Part shown: positions 27,500-40,093 of the stretch, piece by piece
How positions within the stretch are numbered: the stretch's first letter is position 1
Layout of the letters: the number at the start of each line of letters is the position of its first letter
Assembly (NCBI GenBank): GCA_043228905.1
Contig: JBHGNT010000001.1
Location: 34,410,001 to 34,474,000 of the forward strand
Source of the DNA: Azolla caroliniana
Taxonomy: Eukaryota > Plantae > Polypodiophyta
DNA length: 64,000 bases
Direction of reading: 5' to 3'
The notes under the pieces: generated by a model
Database searches by the model: none
What the model was told of the DNA's origin: nothing
What the model saw: the letters and a program-made list of their open reading frames with translations, nothing else
Translations under genes and position numbers: made by a program

Positions 27500-28440
27500 T
27501 GCCTCAAGAGATGGCAAAAATTCTTGACATAGATTTTATAAAGGATGAAGTAGAAAGGGGTCCTCCATTTCTCAAATGATTAATGGCCTACCAAGGATGA
27601 AAACTTGCAAATGAGTTCTTTTAACTTTAAGAATAATGGCCAAGAGCTAAGGAGGGCACTCACCATTATATTTCAGCAAGCTTGGAATTCAGGATACATG
27701 CTTAATAAAAAATCAAGGAAGATTGTTTGATAACGCTTTTGGCTAAGATTCCGCTCTATAATCATTTATGTATTCAAAAAGCACTTATTTGTAGGAGTAT
27801 ACATGTTACTTTCCAAGGCCAATGCTAATAGGCTACAAAAAAATATCCATGTAGTAGTTTGCAAAGGCTAGTATGGGTTTATGTTATGAAGAGGTATTTT
27901 ACACAATATTTCTTAATGTTCACATGGCTAGGGACTATATAAGGAGACCAAACATGAGTTAATCATGATACAATTAGATCTTTACAAAGCATAGGATGAT
28001 ATGAATTGGTTATTTTCTTATGAAGTTGATGAATTATATGGGTTGGTATGTACATTGGGAGAGGGTATGTTTGTCATAATGTGGGAATTACCATTCCACT
28101 TGAGGAATCAATCATATAAGTTGTCCATTAGACCCATTTTGCTATTGTAACATTTCCTAATTTGGTAATGTTACATAAAATGGCTTGTGATAGAGAGGTG
28201 ATAGGGCTATCCTTACCATACGTAAATCTTGCACAACATTGGCATTATCATTTTCTACTTTTGCGAACCTTGTCTGGAAGAGTAGAAAGCCTATGAAAGT
28301 GTGTGATTTGTTTGTTATCTATGTCCCCATGTATGACAATTAACTTATACGAATCGATTTCCACATCATGTACTCGGAAATTTTGAGGATCTCAATTGGA
28401 GAAAGAAGATAGTACAACATAGTGTGATTTTTTATCATTT
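27500..28440 (+). mobile_element. Decayed LINE RT region
   Basis: QLDLYKA*DDMNWLF at about 27971-28017 (LDFxKAYDRVxW motif); many stops; boundaries approximate. Confidence 0.55.
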
Positions 28441-28457
28441 AAGATTATCCTATTCCT

Positions 28458-28567
28458 TGAACTTGATCGGAGGCCGATTTGTGTATAAGCCTCCTTGTAT
28501 ACTCTCTTTGTAATACTCCTTCCTAACTAATGGGAAATTAGCTTCATTTTGGAAAAAAAAAAAAAAA
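28458..28567 (+). mobile_element. Very short LINE 3'-UTR retroinsertion with poly(A)
   Basis: Matches the 3' UTR at about 1135-1240; 17-nt A tail; perfect 17-bp TSD AAGATTATCCTATTCCT at 28441-28457 and 28568-28584. Confidence 0.92.
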
Positions 28568-28747
28568 AAGATTATCCTATTCCTAGGGATGTGTGTGAAA
28601 CTCCTAGATTGGATACCTTTACATCTTCTTGACAAATTTATATATTTGAAATCACAAGCATGGTTGTTTCATTGTATACTTAAAGTGGTCCATTCAACAT
28701 GATTCTTATGGTATCCTATTATTTTCCATTGTTGTCGTAGTGTAACA

Positions 28748-29142
28748 AGGCTATTGAAAAGAAGAATGAGGATTTCAAATAGCTAGGACTATGTTTTGTA
28801 TAGAATTACCAAGCTATATGGTTCTAGTTGCAAGAAATATTAGCATTGCAATATCAAATTTGATAGAGGCCATGCCTAAGGTACATTGGACCTTTGCAAT
28901 TGATAAAAGCCTGAACAAAGAAAATTAGTTTCCATTATTGGTGTATTCTAAAAGGGCTATTGAAAGAAGAATGAGGGTTTTCAGATTGCGAGGGCAATGT
29001 TTTGTATTTATAGAAATTACCAAGCTATATGGTCCTAGTTGCAAGAAATATTAGCATTGCAATACCCAATTCCAAATTTGATTGAGGCTATGAGTAACAT
29101 ACATTGGACATTTGCAAGTGATAAATGCTTGAACAAAGAAAA
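28748..29142. repeat. Two-copy tandem duplication (about 205 bp)
   Basis: GGCTATTGAAA...GAATGAGG...TAGTTGCAAGAAATATTAGCATTGCAATA...GAACAAAGAAAA twice. Confidence 0.8.
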
Positions 29143-29539
29143 ACAAATTATGTATTATATAATTAATTAATTTGGAAGGTAATCTTTGGACGCTTAAGTA
29201 CATATTTGTTTTGAAGGTTTCACAATGAAATAGTATTGTTTCAAAAATATGCTTTTCAACATTAAAGGAACATAGTCAGCATTTATTTATGAAATATCCA
29301 ATCACATTATTTGGAAATTTATATCAACGGTGTGAGCTTTGTTAACTAGAGTGTCAAAATCCCCAAATGCCCAAAATCTAGATTTGGATATTGGGGATTA
29401 TAGAAAGTTTGGCATATGTGGAGCACCTTTGTCTTTGATAGAATGATGGAAAAGTATATTGGTATGGCGATTCTCCTCATTGGGAACTTCATCGACCTTG
29501 ATAATAGAGGAGCATGCCTAATGATATTGGTCCTTTCTT

Positions 29540-29887
29540 ATGTATCTTGATATGATGCATGCCTAACAAGTTTTGTGGTTGGTTGATAGGGTATTGCATC
29601 CCTACCAAATGTAGTTCTACATTTTATAATTTATACATTACTATTTATATAAAAAAGGAATAAGGTACAATAGGACTATTTCTTTGAAAGATTCATCACC
29701 CTTTTTCCAATCCCTTCTAATGTATCTTGATATGATGCATGCATGCCTAATGAGTTTTGTAGTACGTTTGCATCCCTACTGATTATAGTTCTACATTTTA
29801 TAATTTATATATTACTATTTATATAGAAAAGGAATAAACAATAATACGACTTTTTGCTTTGAAAGATTAATCACCCTTTTTCCAATC
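29540..29887. repeat. Two-copy tandem duplication (about 180 bp)
   Basis: ATGTATCTTGATATGATGCATGC...TAGTTCTACATTTTATAATTTATA...ATCACCCTTTTTCCAATC twice. Confidence 0.8.
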
Positions 29888-31233
29888 GTTTTGTCTTTTT
29901 CATTGGTTTCATAGGTATTGAAAACATGATAGAAATTGGATCATTGAATAGATGGTGAGAACGTATGATACATTTGAATGTGACACACTAAGTGATGTGC
30001 AAGTAATTAGGTAACTAATGACTAGATAGTGCTAACTCTTGGCTAACGTAGATACACTATGTCACATCTTGGTTGAAAAGATCAAACTTGAGTCGCACTT
30101 TATAAAATGATTCCCATCTGAAATCTTAAGTGTAACTTAAGAGCATGTCTATTGTTGGCAACCTGATGAGAACTCAAGAAATATGCATTACTAACTCTCC
30201 CAACATCACATCCATTGCTTCTCATTTTGCCATGCATTAATGGAACTTCATATCTAGGAGAGCTTTTTAATTTTTGTTTTCTTTTGGGAAATGGTAGGCA
30301 TGACTGATACATGGTCATCCATAAAACCTGCATGATGCATACTTGTCCCCCTCGTGACCTTTCTATTACAAATCCAAGACTTCACATACATGCTAACTTT
30401 ACCTATACATGCTAATTTGGCTACGTTTTTTTATGATCACTTCATCACATCCAATGAAGGAAGCAATCCGACAAATGTGAAGGATTTCCCACAAAATACC
30501 ATTCATGGTCATGCATAAGATTAATTACTTAATCTCATAAAAACTTCCACTTCCTTCATTTGGGGAAATAAAGAAAACTTCAACCATATTCTGAAGATTT
30601 AGATAAGTTTTTTCATATATTAATAAGTCAGTCTTAAAGCATATATAATATTACAAACTCAAAGAGCCAAACTCAAAAGCTTTTTCCAAAAATCAAATTG
30701 CATTTAGTCACTTCATCGAAGAAATGACAATCTTCACGTGCAAAGGAAAACTTCGTAGATATCAATTACGTTGCTTAAATTCAAAAGTGAAGAAGAGCAT
30801 TTATCAGCAAGGGCATTATGAACATACTATGTGTCGTGCCAACTGAAACACCCAAGGTTTAACAATACCACATCACTCCAATGGCTCTTCATCACATCTT
30901 TTTCATCATACTTCCCTACATAGCCTCGATGATGGTAAAAAAAATTATATCTTCACCGCATCATGAACATCTTGTATAGTATGTTTGAACTAGAGCCCCC
31001 ACATTCCTGTGTTATCGAACATCATTCACGTGAAGCAACAACTTGGTCCAAAAGAGAACAAATCAAAACTTCCCCTTTTCTTAATGGATCATTTGATCAA
31101 CATATTTTCCATGTGATGCACTTTTCTAATGTATTTCAGTCCTGCACCAAATAGCTCTAAACTTAAAACTTTAAGCATAATAGCAATTCACCTAAGAGAA
31201 AAAGACAAAATTGTCTATTTTCTTTTCATAGCT

Positions 31234-32517
31234 TTAACGAGAAAAGCAGAGAGAGAGAGAGTACATTGGATCCAAATCCGGTGTCATAATTAGAGAGCTT
31301 CTTGACTCAGCCATGCCATCACCCAATTCAGCCGTTGTAGGTAGTTGAGACTCATAAACTTTCTGGATTTTCTCCACAGACATAGACTCAAAAATCCCTA
31401 CATACGAGAGGAAAATATATATTTGCAAAAAGAGAATTTACATCCCATACAAATAATACATGTCAAATAATATAGAACTTACCAAAACCAAGCAATGATG
31501 CACAGATGAGAAATCCCAAAACTGAGAAATCCATTCTATATATCAATTCCAATAAAAACAAGCATCCAGCTGTCGCCAAGAGATGTTTGGGCGAAGCTAC
31601 TAAAACATGTAGCCTGTATAGCATACCGAAAACTGACTCAAAACATATATTATAGCAAACTAAATGGCAGCCTAAGCCATTATTCTTTGAATGATTTATA
31701 GTAGATTGTTACTACTATGATAACTACCTAGACTTAATAAGAAAGAATCAGTTTTATGACCGTAGCCCTTCAATTGCTTTCTCTTTTTAGACTTTCATGG
31801 GCAAGTAGAATGAAAATCAAGTTCTACAAAGAGAAGTATCGTTATGTTGTTTTGTCCTAATTTCAATAAAAATTGTTTCAACCTTGAAAGGGGAACAGAT
31901 AGATGATATTTGTAGACCTCAATTCAACTGTCACTCTAGGTCTTCAAATAATTTAATAATGCATAAGAATTAGTGTTCATCTTAAGGTTTGTTCATAAAT
32001 CTCCCATTTTAACATTAATTCACTATGATTTGCATAATATGTCGACCACTGTAATAATCCACACAATTATTTGGTCATATTTAACTTCTTTATCAAAAAA
32101 TAGTCATGGATGAATGATTTTTAAAGAAGGAAATAAAGTTATATATGACCACCATTATACTAATCCACATACGATTATTTGGCTATATATAAATTCTCTA
32201 CAAAAAATTAGTCAAAGATGAATGATTGTTAAAAAAAGACAAAAATTTATATACATCTACTGTTGTAATAATCCACACACAATTATTTCCTCATATTTAA
32301 CTTCTCTTTTAAAAGTAGTCATGGATGAATGATTATTAATATAAAATGGTGAGCTTTGATCCTTACCTTTCCTCCGCCATTAAATCCACATAAAAACTGA
32401 TTATCACACCAAATACTGTGTAAACAATAAAAGGCTGAAATGAAAATGGAGGCTCTCTGCCTTCAACACTCGTATTTTTCTGCATCAATTAAGAGCATGT
32501 ATTATAGTATATCAGAG

Positions 32518-32594
<77 letters not shown>

Positions 32595-35500
32595 CCAATG
32601 GGCTTGTAATGTGAAAGGAACCCTTAAGATATTCCAACTTGTATAAAAAGGAACAAGATCTAATGTAAAAGGGGCCTTTGGGTGCCTTAACTTTGGGGCT
32701 ACCTTTTGGTTCTCATTGTCTACCCTTTACATCCACTAAGAGTCACTTTCCTCCGTGTAGCTTTTTCACCTAATTAATCAAGATATACATGTTTCTAATT
32801 AGCAATTATTTATTTAATTGTGACATCTCTTATGTTTCTTATATAGTGATTATCTACTTAATTTATAGCATAGAAGCTTTTGAGGCTTCCAGATGTTGCA
32901 TGGATTGGAGGGGTAAGTGGTTGTATGTGTTAGTGCGTAGCATGGTCTTTGCCATTGGGGAGTGACGTTCCCAAATTCCTCAGTTAGCCCATCAAGAGGA
33001 ATGTGACACCTTGGAACTCAGTAGTGACCTTGGAAGTGCAACACTCCGAGGTACAAACCGTGTTAATCCCTTCAGGAAAATGTGATTCACATACTCAAAC
33101 CCTAAACCCTAGAGGGTTCTTACTACGAAGTAGTAACCCCCCTTCTCAAGGAGTAACATACAAGAGTATATGTTTATTTAATCCCATAGGCCAAATTTGG
33201 CTTCATAGATGATAAAAGTTCTATTCTATTCTCTAATTTCTCTCCCTCCCTCCCTCGTGACATAGGCCCTGACTTCATGAACCAGGACCTCACCACCCTG
33301 TTCATCAACAGATAAAGGGCATTATATTCCACCATCGCAGGTGCAGGTGCTTAGCTTGCTTCGGAGACCTCTCCATTCAGAATCAATTGATGCTAGGGAT
33401 CTTTCAAAGACAAAAATTACAATATATCTGTCTTGAGAATCTTCTATGTATCGATGACGAGATTCTTTAGTCACACCTTTTTCTTTTTCTTTTTTACTTT
33501 GTTACATTTATTTTAGTTTGTTGTTTTCAAAGACAAGACAACATTTTAAGATGTTATGTCTTGTTTGGTCTTATAGGCCATTTTGGCCTCTTAAAAGACA
33601 TTAATGTATCTTTCTTTCTTTCTCTCTCTCAGAAAACAGGCCTAATTTTCAAGGTGATATAAAGCAAATCTATATATAGCAGCAACAGGTAACGCATCTC
33701 AATAAGAACAAAGAGGACGATCATGCATAACTAACTGTTATGGAGACACATACTGTAAGCAGGACCAATGCCTACTCCAGCAGCCCACTAGTAATCACGA
33801 TCTGACAAGGGAAATCAGCAACTCAGGCAATGTAAGTAGTATGATAAGTACTGTGAGGATGCGGTCACTCAAGATATGACCCATATGACACGATAAAGCA
33901 CATGTGAGAGGGACCAGTGATTACACACAAAGATCAAAACCAAGAGAAACAAACTTTTAACATGTCACCTTATACAAAGCACAAAGCTTCTCACAAGGAC
34001 ATTGACCAAAATCGTCAGCATATACAACTCTCACTATGTCACTCAAGGTGCCTCAAATTATGTCAAATATCTCTAAAGAAGGAATTTGCCCGCATAAAAG
34101 AATGGGAATAGACATATTGCCATGATATATGATCAACCAAATATGACTTAATAAATGAAATGCCTTTCATTTCACACATTACATGAAAAGAGATGTCATA
34201 TGTAGATTCAATAAAGCTCTAAACATAAGTGAAGACAATAGGACAGTACCAACGTCGCTTGAAAAACTGCTAATGGGAAGAGGAAGCAAGCTGCTGCCGT
34301 AATAGTCACCACATATAAACGCCTTTTCATTTGCGTCTAAAAAAAGCAAAGATCAAAAAGTCAATTAAATAAAAAGTGTATATGATTAGCATATTTAAGA
34401 TGAAAGACTGATGTTATTTAATAACCTGCTTCTGTAAAATCATGTGGTCCGACTATTTTATGAACTGTGCAAAGTTTCATCTTAAAGATCTCAGAGTTGT
34501 GCACAGGTAATCATTTTCTCTAGTAGTTTCAGTTTCTTAGCTGGCTTATTATAAGAATTTATCTGCAAAGCACAATGTGATGCAGTAGCTTTTCTAGGTT
34601 TTTTACAGATGTCATGATGTCAAGTTAACATTTATATTTTTTACACTTTTCTAAATAGAAGTTTAAACAACTAAGCAGAAAAAAATACAATCAACACAAA
34701 GGATGGATAGATTGGTCTCCGAATGTATTACCCAGCTTATAAAGTCAAAAATGCCAGAGAGTTACAGAGTTGGAGAGATATCACTAAATGACATCTAACA
34801 AGGTCACTTTAGAAAGTTTCTCTTCCTACATTACTAGGCCAAGAATAAGCAGAGCGCCATGGAAAGAAAAAGAAGAGGAAAATGCTGGCTTCAAAAAAAT
34901 CTCATTTTGCTTGCAATTAATAACTTACACAAATTCATAAAATGTGTTGTTTTTCTTTCACAAATCTCAGTTTTACAAAACATTTTGCAAACTCACAGTT
35001 GTTGCCCTTAACACCAGTAATAAAAATTGATCAAATCACAATTAAAATGGTCGAATATCAACCTATGAACTTAACACTCTGGTCCTAACAAAGGAATTTC
35101 GGTTATATACTGGCTATTTATTATTCTGGAGAGTTACAAAACAGCACTGGTGGAAGTTTGTGCACAATACAAGATAGTTTCCTGGTTGCACTATAAATCC
35201 AACAATTCATCATTAAAAATATTTAATAGAGTGTTTTTTGGCACTTCAATGATGAATTAAGGTCAATAATGAATAAGAATAGTGGATTCCTTCAAATAAC
35301 ATTGCTTTCACTGCAAATTTCAAACAGTAAAGAAGTGTGAATATAAACTTAACATGCAGAAAACCTATCAAAGATCAATTATAAATTCAAAGAATAGGAC
35401 TGTGAGTGAAAATTAAAACAAACTCATAGGGGTGCCATACCTTCAATGAAACACGTCTTGCAATCACTCTGTTGAGGCTGGCAAGCACACCTGAAAAGAA

Positions 35501-38500
35501 AACAAGGACCATAGAAGAGAAACCTATGTTTTCATTCTCATGAGAGACTTCTCCAGTTGATGTTCCATCTCTATATGGTAATGTTCAGTTAAGGTAAAAT
35601 ATGACAGCATGGTACAAGAATGAATAGAGAATAAAAAAGAAAGAAGAGAACACATGTTCAAAACACGGCATACTTCAAAAAAATACTGAAAACAAGTGGG
35701 GAAACAAAAGAAAAATAAGCATATGCACTCTGTGTCTGTATTTGATTCAGTTAATATTTATCTTCCCCATTCGCTAAAAGAAAACATGAAAGGATATAGA
35801 ATGGTGAATAGGTTGACATGGTCCACCCTTGACAGAGGAAAAAATAAGATGCAAGCATTGACACCAAGCCTGCTATCTAACAAGAAGAAAAACTGATCGC
35901 TATTATCACAAGCACTATAAGGTCCTTCTCAAAGAAGTGTTTTTCCGAAAATATCATTGCTTACCTTCTTCAATTTTCCTCCACCCCTGCCAAGAATAAG
36001 AGTCGAGATGGCGCCTAGCACAGCTCCCACATACTCTGCCATCACTGTTCTGAAATGAAGATTGAACACAGGAAAGGAATATAAAAAGCACCTTAACATT
36101 TGTAGCAACTGAAAATTGAGATCACAATTCATTTCAATGAATATTGAAATTCAATATACATATGAAAGTTTTCAAATTCTACACACAGACTATTCTTTGT
36201 CTTTGCTATCAAGCTCAAAACATGATAGTTGTTCACATGCTAACATTGCTAATCATATTACATCGTTACAAAATTTCGAATCAGTACGATTCCCCCGTCC
36301 TACAGCAGCCTTTCTAAGTAGTTTACATGAATGAAGTATACATATATGAAATATAGAGAGAAAGAGAGAAAAAGAACACCAAAAAGCTTAAGGTTATATG
36401 AAATTTACCTAACAGGACCACAAGTACGCAATCCTTCTCCCCACAGAACAAACGAAATTGCCATTAGAGCACCATTGATGATTGTGGGTAGAAGCTGTCC
36501 TTCAAATTTTATTAAAGGCCTCAATTCTATGATCTTATAACAGAATTTATAAAGAACAGCAACATCGACTTTACTCTAAGAATACCTGATATGACGTAAG
36601 AGAGCGGCCTCGCCACGGAGAATGCACAATAAGAAATACTGTTGATGCTGCTGATAAGCAAATAAATGTGAAGATTATAACTGAGCGGCCTGGAAATGCA
36701 AGGTATTGGTATACTATGTAAACAGAAAGTAGCCGGAAGAACCTTCCAAGCAAATAGATAAAAGATAGTTGGTATGTCCTGCAAATCAAAGCGATATAAC
36801 AATCCAAAATTCAACATCGATGTCCTATACATCTTGTCAATAACAAAGTGAATCTCAAGCTCAACTTATATTCACAACTCCGAAGTTTTTATTCACATTC
36901 GAATAATTACAAAGAATCCATCTGTTGCCTCAGGTCTGCATTCACATGATTGGGAGTTTTGCCTCCTTTGTTCCCTCAGCGCTACACTCACATGCTGAAG
37001 GGGTCTTGGGATGAAGTATCAACATGTGGAACTCTGATTTGTTTCCAGGAACCACCTACTAAGCTGTGGCTATTTGATCGCACTCTATGGATGTTGGCTC
37101 ATACTTCATGGTTTTTCCCTTATTAAATGCACTCCACTCTTGAAAGAATGGTTCACCGAAATATTATAGAAATTCTTTAGACCATTTCACTCAGTTTTGC
37201 TGGAATTAGAGGTAGATCTAGCCATTATCATTGGAGGTTAACGGTATCAGACTGCACCCTTTGACCAAGGTGATGAAAGTGCAACAAAACACACCGGACT
37301 ACCTGTACAGTCCACATGATATCTGCCTTACCAAATGAGAAATGAATCCAAGAAAATTGTTGTCTAATGTTAGGAGAATCAAGAGACTAAAGTGTGCCAG
37401 AAACAAACATTGAGGTGCTACCTATGCATTCAGAAGGCACTCCTTCCGAGCAATGAGAAGCCTATAGTTCCATTCTCGGAGTCATTGGAGGTACACATTC
37501 ACGCTTCCAGTATTGGCAATGTAAATGAAATGGATGCTAAGCTTGGGGTATTCAATTAATGGCACTGAAGAGTTCGGGAATTCAGACTACAACAGTTCGG
37601 ATGAAGAGTCATTAACCTTTGACAGTAATATGATTTCAGACATTGATCTAGAATTAGGTTAATACCACCTATCAGAAAGGACAATTGAGAAGTTGTACTA
37701 AACCAAGACTTATTTATGTATGATTATGGCTCTGGCTGCACTAAAAGCGCACAGCACAGCTCTATAGAGTAAGAATCAGTTTATCCTCTTCCTTTCAATT
37801 GAGTGTCTAAAGCCCCCTGAAAATTGCATTGCGTCCTCTGGGCTCAGAGAGGAAAACTAAAAATTCATTGCCTTACTGCATTCTCTGCCCTTGCCATCTT
37901 CCTGGATTGCCCAATAGTATCATGCAAGTCCTAAATAAGAATCCAACCCAACAAGGTCGTTGACTTCGAACTATCTAATACATAAACTCTAAACATTTCC
38001 TGGGTTATAGAGTTATTTGAATCCAAATTCCATTTTTACATAGTGAGATATCTGTAGAACTAATTATGGATTTATGCTTATTGTTGTGGAAGTTGTTTCA
38101 AAGAATGATTATCTGGAGTTGTGTCCAGTCAGTAAACAGGAAAGTGGTCATCAATAATGCTGGTATCATCTAAGAGAGCATGTACCCAGAGGAGATAACT
38201 ACTGTACCATCTGTATAGGTGTCTCCGTTAGAAGATGATTGGATCAGAGAGACCTTAAGGCTCACTTTTAAGTGTTTTTAGTTTTATCCATTGTGCTTTG
38301 ATAGTCTCCCTCTCAAATTCTCTTGTGTGCTCTCTAGCTCACGCCCGTGCTTTCACCTCTGAAGCTTGCGCTCCAAGTTCGCTCCCACTCTCTGACTCTC
38401 CTGCTCTCTCCAGCAAGAAAAATATTGGGGTAAGACAAATGAGTTGGTAGGCCAAAGGAAGAGGTTCAATGTGAAAGGCATCACTGACAATCTGTCTGAG

Positions 38501-40093
38501 CAATTGTTCACTTTCTTCTCCCTACTGCCATTTTCCAAGAGGGACAGACTTCACCTTGATGGCTGCCACTAAGTCTAAACAGGCCATATCCTTACCCTAC
38601 ACAAGTCAGCACAGTTCTATCGTTGCGATTAGGGCGTATCCACTGTTAGCTCGATCAGCCCATGAGCTGAACCTAAAACTCTATATCGAATACAGATTTG
38701 TAGCCTACTTTGGACTATCATTGCAGGCCTACTACGGACACCTCTGATAGGTGAAAATGAATGAAGAAACTTGCAATTCTATATCAAATGCAGATTTGGA
38801 GCCTACTTCGTACTATCATTGCAGGCCTACTATGGCACACCTATGATGGGTGAAGATGAATGACGAAACCTCTTGTATCCATTATTTCCAAAATGATTCT
38901 GCCTAATGGTGCACTTTAGGTCTGAGATCGATATAGATGTCTGTAGACATTCCAATCAGATCAATGGCCTTCATTTGTAGCACATGCAAGCTGTCACAAT
39001 GTACACTCCAACAGTTGGCACGTGAGGTTGAAACTTTATGTTGGAATCCACATGGCATAGTGGTTTCAGTTGCATGGCTTCGACATATATAGACTACCTC
39101 CATTCAAGTATAAATTTGGATGCGCAATCACTTACCTTAGGGATTAACCAGAACCTATTGAAACGTCATTCAAATGCTTAAAATGATACAAGATGAGAAT
39201 ACAAATTCAAGATCAACCTTCAAATTCTAAAAAAGTTGATTCCTTCATGTCTATGGATTGCATCCAAGGCTGACAAATATAACCATTTCTTCAACCAATC
39301 AAAATACCTGGACGCTAGTTGAGGTGTTTGTAAGTATGTATATGAATTTCACAGAAATCTAGGCTCCCATAACGGAACATACAAACTTTTACAGGTGTTT
39401 CTTTTTCTTTTATTTCTGTCCGGTGTGGTATACATCCAGATTCTTTATTTTTCTACCTTGAAAGTTTACTCTATGCTTGCAGGTTTTCCATGTCTTTTGC
39501 TAGTAGAATTAAAATATACCTCCAAGATTGTTTTCACGTTCTTAGCTGGACTATAACTCCAAGTTTTTTCCATAATTTTAGCCAGAAATTACACTATCTC
39601 CAGGATGTTTAGCATTCTTTGTATAATCTAACCATATCCCCCAGTTTCTGTAGTTTGTTGCAAAAAATGATACAGATTTACATTCCCTATGTGTCATATT
39701 CTTTTTCTTTACAAATATGTTGCCGGAAAAAATATGTTCCAATGTATAGGATTCTTTTATACTAAATACATTTATGCATCTTAACATGAGAGAGCACTAA
39801 TTCTAATATTTCTCCGTGTTCTCATTTTTAGCCAGTATAAAAACAATATTCAAACTACATTAATGGCATCTGAACAGGTTGAAGATACATCCGTGGAATT
39901 TTTATGTTCAACTATACAAAAATCTGGGCTTTGGAAAACGAATAAAAGAAATGGCATAATATGTATAGAGACACACACAAACACATTCATTTCATTGACA
40001 GGGAGACTGAGAATCGTACCTTTCAGATCTATTCAATCCCGTGCTTTGTTTAGCCAATCTAGACCTCCCTCGGAAGCCCCCATCTCTTTCCAT
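31234..40093 (-). CDS. Multi-pass membrane protein, plant 'zinc transporter-like' (At5g38380-like), 10 exons, 382 aa
   Basis: Exons (minus): 40093-40020, 36778-36586, 36494-36409, 36049-35965, 35876-35798, 35577-35441, 34336-34250, 32479-32367, 31613-31483, 31397-31234 (1149 nt, phases consistent). Peptides PWRGRSL, LWGEGLRTCGPVR, AEYVGAVLG, RVIARRVSLK.Q.KRRL, FYVD..AEERLH, MDFSVLGF match my recollection of this plant family; the name is from memory, not a search. Exon 1 is the least certain. Confidence 0.9.
32040..32335. repeat. Three degenerate 105-120 bp tandem copies in intron 8
   Basis: TAATCCACA...ATTATTT...TAGTCA..GATGAATGATT occurs three times. Confidence 0.75.
32519..32592. repeat. 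(TC)n microsatellite
   Basis: Direct reading; lies in intron 7, about 40 nt from the exon 8 acceptor. Confidence 0.95.
35578..35797 (-). other. U12-type (minor spliceosome) AT-AC intron, 220 nt
   Basis: 5' end ATATCCTTT; branch site TTTACCTTAAC (35598-35588) ends 10 nt before the terminal AC. Removal joins ...YSPF-S-YRDG... in frame. Confidence 0.93.
36920..38230 (+). mobile_element. Possible decayed LINE ORF1/endonuclease remnant in intron 1
   Basis: GC-richer block with fragments CWLILHG, LLELEVDL and LRCYLC reminiscent of plant LINE ORF1 (DUF4283 plus zinc knuckle). No open frame. Confidence 0.35.
38692..38870. repeat. Two-copy tandem duplication (about 98 bp)
   Basis: CAGATTTG.AGCCTACTT...CTATCATTGCAGGCCTACTA...GGTGAA.ATGAATGA.GAAAC twice. 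Confidence 0.85.

Noticed and set aside
31244-31270. miR529/156-like target site (TGTACTCTCTCTCT) at the end of the membrane-protein CDS
   Set aside because: The match is mostly a CT microsatellite and fails at both ends.
33098-33111. AAACCCTAAACCCT telomere-like repeat
   Set aside because: Only two units, inside an intron; not an interstitial telomeric array.
35441-35490. In-frame TGA after exon 4 (VCLPASTE*) suggesting selenocysteine or a pseudogene
   Set aside because: Artefact of using the decoy AG acceptor; the frame is open once exon 5 and the AT-AC intron are included.
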